Shown here piece after piece: positions 19,981-29,539 of a stretch of 64,000 nt of DNA (position 1 is its first letter; each line of letters begins with the position of its first letter). Origin of the DNA: Anolis carolinensis (taxonomy: Eukaryota); assembly GCF_035594765.1 (NCBI RefSeq), contig NW_026943820.1:5774647-5838646 (forward strand). The letters are read 5' to 3'. The position numbers and the translations under genes were made by a program. Below the pieces are notes generated by a model. The model saw only the letters and a list, made by a program, of their open reading frames with translations. It was not told the DNA's origin and ran no database searches.

Positions 19981-22900
19981 ATGGGGTGGCTGTGTCCGTC
20001 CCCTGCAATGGGGCAGCTGCTCCTGACCCTGGGGACCCTGAGCTGGGGGGCCGTGCCCTCGGTGACCATGCCTGGCACAGTGATGCAGGAGGAACCCAAG
20101 AGTCTACAGGGAAGAGGAGGAGGAAGCCTCATTGCAGGTCTAGGTGAGTCTAGAGCAGGCATGGGCAAACTTCAGCCCTTCAGCCCTCAAGGATCCACGG
20201 TGGCGCAATGGGTCAAGCCATTGTGCTGGCTGAACTGCTGACCTGAAGATCTGAAGTTCAGCAGTTCAAATCCACAAGATGGGGTGAGCTCCCATCTGTC
20301 AGCCCAGCTTCCCATGCAGGGGCATGGGTTAAACCTGCCTTGGGTGCTTAGGTTGTCTTCCAGTGTGACAGAAGAGAGTCGGGCTTGATGGCTTCTGGGG
20401 TTTCTTCTACACTGTCATAAAAAATACAGTAGAGTCTCACTTATCCAAGCTAAACGGGCCGGCAAAAGCTTGGATAAGCGAATATCTTGGATATTACGGA
20501 GAGATTAAAGAAAAGCTTATTAAACATCAAATTAGGTTATGATTTTACAAATTAAGTACCAAAACATCATGTTATACAACAAATTTGACAGAAAAGCAGT
20601 TCAATACGTAGGAATGTTATGTTGTAATTACTGTATTTACAAATTTAGCACCAAAATATCACGATATATTGAAAACATTGACTACAAAAATGGCTTGGAT
20701 AATCCAGAAACTTGGATAAGTGAGGCTTGGATAAGTGAGACTCTACTGTACACATAACCTGCTTTGACCTGGTTTATATGGCAGTGAAGACTCATATAAT
20801 CCAATTGAAAGCAGATAATAATGTGGATTATCTGCTTTGATCATGGCAATGCCGCAGTGGCGCAATGGCTTAAACCCTTATGTCGGCTGAACTGCTGAAC
20901 TGGAGATCTGAAGGTCAGCAATTAGAATCCGTGAGACAGGGTGAGCTCCCGTCTGTCAGCCCCAGCTTCCCATGCGAGGACATGAGAGAAATAATAGTAA
21001 TAATACTTTATTTTTCTATCCCGCCACCATCTCCTGGGGACCTGGCAGAGGCTGGGCTGCAGGGCAGAAACCCCAGGGAGGGGAAAAGAAGGGGAGTTCA
21101 TGGGGCTCAGGAGGAATGCTGGGGTGGGCTGCAAGCTCCTCACAACCTCTCTCCCTGTTTGCATACAGACATGGGGGCCATCTGGGAGGCCTTGCAAGAT
21201 GTGGCCCCTGGGAACTGGCAGCCGGTGAGTGAGGACCACCCACTGCCACTTGCAACCTGGCCAGGAAAGGGGAGGCCAAGAGTCCAGTGGGTGGGGGATG
21301 CCTTGGTCCTCCCCTGAAGTGGGACCCCCACCACCACCACCACCACAACATAGGACCTCTGTAGCCCAACAACCTTTACGCTGTGCTCCTCTCTCTCTTT
21401 CTTTCTGCAGGAGCTGGTGGAGCGGCTGGCCCTTCCGGTGCCTGAGGACAGCCCCTGGGGTGCCTCCCAGATGGTAGTGGTGGCACTGGGCTCTTGGGGG
21501 GGGGGGGTGGACAGGGGAACTGAGCCCCAAAGCCAGAAGATGTGAGGAGTCCTACTCACATGGAGCTCCTTCTTTAAAGGAACCCCCAGTGGTGGGTGGG
21601 CAGGGGGTGCAGCAGGAGGCATAGTGGGCATTGAGTCTTTGTGTCCTGCTGATGAAGGTGTATTGGGAAAATACTTGTATTGGAAACTATATATTGAATG
21701 TAATCATATTAGAAATAGGAACAGGAAAATATGTAATCACCAGCAGATTGTGTGCACATAGCCCCAAAAATACACTCTACCTAGCAAATAACCGTCTTCC
21801 CATAAGCAGAGACCAAAGTTCACCCTAAGTGCCAGAAACATATGTCAAATGTCAACAAGAATAGATAAAGCTCCATGTTAATGGACAAAAGACAAGGCTT
21901 TTGGGATGTCAAGATAAGACCTGGCACCATGTAGGAGTGCTAATGGCTCCTTAAAAGCTAGAATAAGGGGGAATTCCTCAATTAATGGGAACCCCTGAAA
22001 GCCTAGATAGGAATTCCTTCGATAAGGCCTAATGGAGGGTCAGAGGTCTCGAAAGTAGCCTATATTTTAGGAAAATGCAAAAGTAGCTTTTAGTAAAGTG
22101 CAAAGTAAGACTTTTTTGACACTAATTGGTGATGGATAATGCCTATATGACGTAGGTAGATGGAGGGAAAATGGTATAAAAGAACCTGTGTTTCTTTGTT
22201 CTGTACCTTCACTTTCCTGATTACAGGAGAAGGTCCTTCTTATTGCTTATTCTCTCTGGCCAGAGAGAATAAACGTCTTTTTCTACAGCAACTGGAACTC
22301 TCTTTGTCTCATTACCTCAAACCTTTGTCCCTGGCTGGCTCACCAAAATGAAATGGCAGACAAAGGTTTGAGGTAATGAGACAAAGAGAGTTCCGGTTGC
22401 TGTAGAAAAAGACAGTTATTCTCAGTGGCCAGAGAGAATAAACATCTTTTTTTACAGCAACCGGAACTCTCTTTGTCTCATTATCTCAAACCTTTGTCTG
22501 CCATTTCACTGCCAGGCAGAGGAGCTGAGGCTGTTCCAGGCGGTGAGTGAGCATCTCTTGCAATGGAGGAATCCAAGGCTCCAGGCCTCCTCCACTCCTC
22601 ACCTGCGCCTCCTTGGCCTCCTAGCCATCCATGGCAGCAGCCGCCTACTCCAGGCCAGCCTCGGACCCTGCTTGCCAGGAGTCACAGGTAGTGCCCAGGT
22701 GAGGAGGCCATGTGCAGGGGTTGGGAGAGAAAAATGAGGGCCCTGGGGAGCACCTTGATGAGACAAACTGATGGAGGGGGTTTCTGCTTCTGATGCAGGA
22801 ACAACAGCAGTGGCGCAAGTCTCTGGTGGGATCCCTGATGGGAATTCTCAGGAGCTTGGAGGCAGCTTTGCAAAGTGGACTGCGAGATGGCAGGACCGCC

Positions 22901-25900
22901 TTTGCCCTGGAGGCCCCTCTCCTGAGCCTCTCCCTGCGCAGGTACCAAACAAGGAACCCAGGAAGGGAGGAGAATGTTTGGGGGGGGGGGAGAGTCTTCA
23001 GCTGGAGATCCAGTCACAGCCCTGGGCTCACCATCACCACTGTGCTCTGCCCCTCCATGGTTCCCAGTGCTTGATGACTGGCCCTTGCTCTCTCCCGTGC
23101 AGGTTGACCTTCTCTCAACTGGGTGCTGCCGAGCTGTCCTTCTCCAGCAGCCCCTGGGCAGCCAGGGTGGTCTTGCCAGAGCTGAGTGCCTTAGGCTCCT
23201 TCCTGCCGCCAGAGGCCCATGTCGATGTGCAGGTCAGAGAGGCACCCTTACAGAAGGAAAGGGAAAGGGTCTCAGTCCCAGTCAGTGGAGCAGAAATTGA
23301 CCCCATCTCCACTTCCAAAGGTCTGCTGCTGGGACTCCCAACAGAACTGCAGCTAAGCGATTCCTTCCGTCTTTGTCTTTCTTCATCCAGATGGGGAGCT
23401 TCTTGGGGAGCCCCTTCTTCCCCTCAGATCCCTCCACACAGAGGGAGGTCACAGGCACCGTGGCTGAACTGGACCTTCGTGTCAGGGGCACCGAGGTTCG
23501 GGTCAGCAACCTGACTGCTCCTGTCCAGGTATGGCCAGGCCCATTGTGGGTGGGGCGGTTCACCAGGGCCCTTGCCTGGGGTGGAGAAGGAGGCAGGAGA
23601 CCCCACAGGGTCTGGAAGAGACAGGCTGGAGGAGGCAGGGGCCAATTTTGGCCCTCTCTCTGGGTGTTTTGAACTTCAAATCTCACAATTCCTAAGGCTG
23701 GAAGGACCAAAGTTGACCCATGCCTGAGTTGGAAGCAGGTCCAGAGGCACTGTGGTTGGCAGCCCCTCTGACTCTTCTTGCCACACTCTGGCTCTAATGC
23801 TCTTCCCAGTTTGACCACAGGCTCCCCATTCAGGGCAAGGGCCTAGCGGACGCTGGGAGCCTCACTTTGGTGGTCTCTTTCTATCCCCGACAGATCTTCC
23901 TGCCCCAGACGTCGCCTGCTGTGGACTGGGGCCCTGTTCTTTCTGTCTCTCCTGGGGAATCCCTGCTGCTGACAGTGAAAGGCTGGTGGGGAGGGGGCTC
24001 CCTGGGTGTCCACGCTCATACACGCCCCCCACAGCCCTTGGGACTTTTCCTCCTGCAGTGGAACCAGCAACGTCTACAGCCCAGTGCTGTTGATTCAGGT
24101 ATAGGGATGGGGCACTGGAGCCAGGAGAGCCGCTGTCTCAGACCAAAACCCGGCCCAACTACAGTGCGGATATCTGTGAGGTAGGTGGGAGGGTGGAATC
24201 ATGAATAAGAAGAAATACTGAACACTAACCCTGTTGGTGCCCCCTTGCAGATGGCTACTCCTGGCTTGTGGGGCTGGAGGTACTCCGGGCCCATGGGGGA
24301 GCCCCCCGTTTTCTGCTGGTGCCGCTGAACCTCTCTGCAGAGGCCCCTCCAGTTTCCATGCGCCTCAGGGCCTATGGAGTCCAGTGCCTCTCCTGGGACC
24401 CCTCCAGTGCCCAGTGGAGAGCGGAGGGCTGCAAGGTGAGTCTCTTGCTCTCCCAGAACGGCCAAACCAGCTCCTCTGGGGAGAGACATTCCTTGCGTAT
24501 AACTGTGTCCCCTATCCCTCAAAATAGAAGAGATAGACTCTGTCCTATATCTCATTTCCCACTTTGAAACACTTTCCAGCTGCCGGAGAGGGTCTCTTTA
24601 TCAGGCTGAAGGTGGGTGGGTGGTCCTCCCTTTGCACCATGTGCAACCCACCTGGGCAGGGGCTCCTCTAGTGCTGCCCTTCCCATGGGTGCTATGCCGC
24701 CGCTTCTTCCTCCCCTTTGCAGGTGGGGCCCCAGAGCCGCCAGGAACCAGGAGGCCACTGCCTCTGCAGCCACCTCTCTGTCTTCGGAGCCTCCTTCTGG
24801 GTGGCACCTGTCCAAATGGACCTTGTGTGCACAGCAGAGTACTTTGGGCGTGTGAGCCAGAACCCTGTCCTGGCCATCCTGCTGGGTGTTCTCTATGGAC
24901 TATTCCTTGTAGGCCTGACCTGGGCCTGCTGGATGGACACACGAGAGCCGGCCCAGGTAGGGGGCTGGTATAGGGTAGGAGAAAAGGGCAAGGGGTGCAG
25001 GTGGCACGGTACATGACCCCAGGGCTGCATGGGCCCAAGACTGCCTTGACCTCCTCTGTGGCAGCTACAGTGTGGCTAGCATCCCACTACACCAGACATG
25101 GGCCAACTTCAACCCTCCCTCCAGGTGTTTTGGACTTCAACTCTGTTAGGAATTCCTAACAGAGTTGAACTCCAAAAGACTTGGAGGAAGGGCCGGAATT
25201 GGCCCTTGTTTGCACTATGCCCACCAAAGTCCTTTGCCTGCTTTCCCATTGCCCTGAAAACATCCCTAAACCTTTCTCAGGTGGGAGCAGCTCTGCTGCC
25301 GGAGGAGGACCCCTGTGCCCAGTATGTCTACCTGCTCTCCGTCACCCTGCAGGAGCCCCCCGGACCCGGCAACAGCCCCAGGGTGAGAGTTGCGCATTTT
25401 CCCAGGAGGGCTACGTGGAAGGGGTTCCTCAGTCGGATGCGCCACTCATTCTGCCCCATTTCCTTGCCCACTGCCAGCTCTCCATCAGCCTCCAGGGATC
25501 CTTTGGCACCAGCAAGCCCCGCCGCCTTCCTTGTCAAGGCACTTTCCTGCTGCGTGAGCCCTGTCCACTGGGGGAGCTGCAGGGCATCTGGCTGTGGCAA
25601 GAGAGCCTTGGAGTCCCACAGAGGCCCCGGTCAGTCCTCCTGGCACCTAGATGGAGAGTACAGGGGGGGGGGGGGGCAGGGCAGGGGCATCCAGTGTCTC
25701 CAAAAGAATAGGACCGGGTGGAGATGTATCCTGATTCAAATCTGGCAACTTGTGAGAGTTGTCAGAGCAGCAGACACATTGCAGCTGGAAGAAGGAAGCC
25801 TTTATACTTCTTTTGGGGTGCTGGACAGGAGACTCCTCCTTCCCTTAAGCCTTGGCCCACTTATCTGGGGCTTTGGGAGCTGGGAGCAACCATACTCCCA

Positions 25901-28600
25901 CAGTTTCAAGCAGGGGCTCCTTCCCCAAATGGCACCCCATGGGAAGCACTCGCCCTCCTCTACCTATCATTGTCTTCTTCCCAGGTATGTCTCGGGTATT
26001 GCAGTGTGGGACCTTCCACAGAGGAGGCACTTCCGCTTCCCTTGCAATGCCTGGCTTGCTGCAAGAGAAGATGGGCTGAGCACCCCCCAACACTTCCCAA
26101 CAGCCCCCCCGGAAGAGCCATTCTGGTAGGTGGGATGTGAAGGCACCTGGATGTGGCCTCTCCTTGGATCCAGGACAGGATACAGTGAGACCCACATAGG
26201 AGGTGGACTCAGCTCCCATCAACAAAGGGATTGAGTGCCGGGGTTCCCCTGGAGAAGGGGACCTGCCTCCTATGCTCCCTGCCCCCCTGCAAGCCCTCTA
26301 TTTTGCTCACTCGGGGTGCCTTTCTTACAGGCCTGTCTTCCGGCAAAGGGCCCTGAGCGGCCTCTGGGAGGAGCACACTGTGCTGCTGGTCCTGCGCCCA
26401 CCCCCGCGCAGCCCCTTCACCCGGGCCCAGCGCCTCTCCTGTGCTTGGAGCCTCCTCCTGTGCTCTGCCCTCATCAGCCTCATGTTCTGGGAGTCTCCTC
26501 AGGGAGACAGCACTCCACTCCTCTTGGATGCCGGTAAGAGAGATGGAAGGAGAGGGAAGCAGCCTTGAAGGGGAGAAGTTTGGGGAGGACTAGGTGCCCC
26601 CAAAAGGAAGGAGGAAGGCTCCCTGAATGTAGGGAAAGGGAAGGAAAGGGGCAGAATGAAGGATCCATCGCCTTCCTCATTTGTCGCACAGGCAGCGTCT
26701 TCTCTCTCTCCTGGAAGGACGTCGTTATTGGAGTCCAGAGCGCCCTCCTCGCCTTCCCCATCAACTTCCTCGTGATCTTCATCTTCCAGCGCTCCAAGAC
26801 TTGCAAAAGGAGACGGGGTCCCGGCCAGGGTCCCCCTACCATGCCCAGCGCCCCCAATGATCTCACCAGTCTGCAGGCCGTTGTGCTTGAGGTGGGTACC
26901 TGAGTGAGAGGGCAGAGCTGTGGGGCAGGGCCAGGATCCACTGCATCTATGCTTGCACCCACCCTTCAACTGTGAGGATTCCTTGAGCGCCTTAACAAAT
27001 GCAGCCCCCACCCACCCATTAGGTGTTTCCTTTGGTGACCCCACTGTGCAGAGGCAAAACTTGCTCTGGGGTACCTCTCCTGCTCCTCAGTGGGTTTTCT
27101 TGGCCGTATTCCTATACCATCATCTTCCAGAGTAGGGCAGATGCACAACGGCTGGCCTTGTGGGTCTGGAGTCCCAGTGCCCTTGGCACCCTCTTCCCTC
27201 CTGCCACCAACTTCTCTGCCTCTCTCTCATAGCACCTGCGTTCCGCTGTGGAGGTTCTGAGCAGAGGGCCGGAGCAGTCAGAGCCCCGTCAGGCGCCCCT
27301 TCCTCCCACTCTGGGCTTTGAGGAGCTACTGCAGTTGCTGCACCATTTTATCCTGGGTGGTGGCAGAGGTGGGACAGCAAATGGAACTGCCCGCACCTCA
27401 TCTGCATGCCATGCGCCTGAGGCTCCTGCTTACTCCTCTGACTGTGCACAACCCAGCATCCTGCCTGGCACAGCAGGGCCCACCACTGCCCCCTCCTCAC
27501 TACATGAGACCTACTGCACCCGCTTCCTCCTCCTGAAGCTGCAGCGTGTGGAGCGGCTCCTGGAAGAAGTAGGAGCAGGGTGCCCTACAGAGGAAGGTGC
27601 CCTGGCCCTGCAACGGGTGCAAGAGATGGGGGCTGCCCTGGCCAAGCGCCTCCCAACTGCCCAGCCATCCTGCCGCAAGTAAGTAGCCATGCCAACAGTT
27701 GGGCTTGATGGACCGGTGGCAGTCATGGTGAGCGTGCTCCAAGGACCTAACCCTCCTCCTCCTTTCTCAGCAGATGGTGTCAGTGGAGATTGCCCTGGTG
27801 GGGATCCCTGGTGGGCTGGGCCCTCTTACTCTCTCTCAATGCAGCCTCCGCCTTCTTCATCCTGCTGTATGGCTTCCATTATGGGAAGGAGAGCACCGAG
27901 CGCTGGCTGGTGTCCACAGCCATCTCCTTAGGACAGAGCCTACTGGTCCTTCAGCCCTTCAAGGTATCCTCTACGCCCCTCCGTGTTCTGATGTATGCAG
28001 GAGGGGGCAGCACCTTCAAGATAGGAAGTGGAAGCCTGGGGCCACCTGCCATTTTCCCTTTCTGGCATCTACTGTCAGGGAGCCCAGGGGACTGGGGGCT
28101 TCTCACCACTTCTGCAAAGCTGCTCTCTCCCCACACACAATCCACAGGTGGTCTGCTTTGCCATCTTCTTTGCACTGGTCTTGAAGAAAGCGGAAGAGGA
28201 AGAACCTGCTGTGGAGGAGTCCCTTGACCAGCTGGAAGAAAGGTGAGAAGGAGGCACCCCTTTGCACACCTGTGGAAGGAGAGATGGGTGGACAGGCAGA
28301 AAATGAGGAAGCCTCCAGTGGGGGAAGCCTTCTGCCAGGACCTCCCTCCAAAAGCGTCCTTAGGAAAACAGATGAAGCTGGAGGCCTGCTTCCGATTGGG
28401 GAAGTGTCTCCTGTGGAGGCCAATCTCTCCTTCCTATGTCCATGCAAAGAGTGGATGGAGCAATGAAAGAGGGGAGAGGGAGGCACTTCTCTGGGAATTG
28501 GGGCCGGAGCAGAGGCACGACTGGGGCACTGGAAGTGGCTCCCCACCTGAACCTCTTCTTCTGCCTCCTTTGTGATTACAGGCTGGGCTCTTTCCAGTGA
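19981..28600 (+). CDS. Polycystin-1-family (PKD1L2/PKD1L3-like) paralog lacking the channel domain: signal peptide - GAIN/GPS - TM1 - degenerate PLAT - TM2-5; about 1016 aa
   Basis: 19 phase-compatible GT-AG exons: 19981-20143, 21169-21224, 21411-21473, 22516-22698, 22799-22941, 23103-23232, 23391-23528, 23894-24098, 24251-24435, 24723-24956, 25281-25382, 25478-25629, 25985-26125, 26331-26533, 26692-26891, 27233-27678, 27771-27963, 28148-28242, 28582-28600 (3051 nt, no internal stop). GPS CLSWDPSSAQWRAEGCK/VGPQS...CLCSHL|SVFGAS; FPCNAWLA; SPFTRAQRLSC; FPINFLVIFIF; LPWW...FFILLYGFHYG...QPFKV. The first three exons and the last exon are the least certain. Confidence 0.8.
20427..20748. mobile_element. 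Tc1/mariner MITE family 1 copy
   Basis: Both TIRs present, TA flanks. Confidence 0.9.
21650..22508 (+). mobile_element. Solo LTR (retroviral/LTR retrotransposon) with rearranged 3' end
   Basis: TGA...TCA ends, 4-bp TSD CTGC (21646-21649, 22509-22512), TATAAA 22175-22180, AATAAA 22268 and 22437. Confidence 0.8.
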
Positions 28601-28883
28601 AGAGGACTGCCACCTTCTCAGGACCCCAGTCTCTAGACCTGAGCCCACCAAGCGCCTCCCCTCCTTGCCGGAGCCCATTCATCCATTGCCCCCCCTCCAC
28701 ACCCTCCTTGCAGCCGACTTCCACCTCCCTCTGCCCTGAAGAGGCCTCTGGACTCTCAGAATCAATAGGATAGGATAGCACAGAGTGCAGGGACTGATAA
28801 AGCACCTCCACCTTGTGACTTGGTCTCCATTGGCTTGCAGGGCTTGAAGTGGATAAAAGATAAAAGACACTTGCCTATCCACC

Positions 28884-29170
28884 GCCTTCATGACCGGACT
28901 CACCTTTGGACACTTTACGGGCTCGGGGGAGGAGGATGTGAAGTATCATTTGTGATCGGCAGTGAAACTCTTTCTCCATGTTCCAGAAGTATTCTCTCCT
29001 GACGTTTCGCCCACATCTATTGCAGGCATCCTCATATACCTCACGACCTCTGAGGATGCCTGCCATAGGTGTGGGCGAAACGTCAGGAGAGAATACTTCT
29101 GGAACATGGCCATACAGCCCGGAAAACACAACAACCCTGTGATCCCGGTCATGAAAGCCTTTGACCACAC
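28884..29170. mobile_element. Penelope-like pLTR fragments in inverted arrangement
   Basis: 28975-29034 is the near-exact reverse complement of 29051-29110. Same family as the other Penelope copies. Confidence 0.8.
29047..29087 (+). ncRNA. Minimal type I hammerhead ribozyme motif in Penelope pLTR
   Basis: CCT-CTGAGGA-T-GCCTGC-(loop)-GTGGGC-GAAAC-GTC-AGG: core CUGANGA and GAAA, helix II with G-U pairs, GUC cleavage triplet, CCT/AGG helix I. Confidence 0.65.
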
Positions 29171-29474
29171 AATAATAAATTCTTTCACCAAAGGATGTTC
29201 ACTTGTCTATTTGTTCTTTACCAATTACTTTGTAGTAGCGAGGAAGGCAGTCTCATTCCTGTCCACGCTCTCCCCATTGTGCACATGCTGTGTTGCCCTT
29301 CCTGGCTGGACGGGTGTGGACAGTGGCACACCCTGTTTGGTAAACAGACAGCACTCCCATCTGGTTGCTGCACCTGCTCATCCTCTAGGTGTGCCCCCCT
29401 TCAAAGGACACCAGCCTTTTGTCTGCTATTCTTTTTATGACTTCCCCAATTTTTCAGAGGTGGGTAAGGGAAGG

Positions 29475-29480
29475 TATAAA
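29475..29480 (+). promoter_or_regulatory. TATA box of PKD1L3
   Basis: GGTATAAAAGG about 65 nt upstream of the signal-peptide ATG at 29540. Confidence 0.6.
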
Positions 29481-29539
29481 AGGCTGGCCATCACCTGCCC
29501 ACCTGCTTTCCTTCAGGGCAAAAAGAGGGAGGCATAGGG

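Noticed and set aside
19981-28600. Calling the upstream polycystin unit a pseudogene
   Set aside because: No frameshift or internal stop over 19 exons, and canonical splice sites despite deep divergence. Expression data are still needed to exclude it fully.
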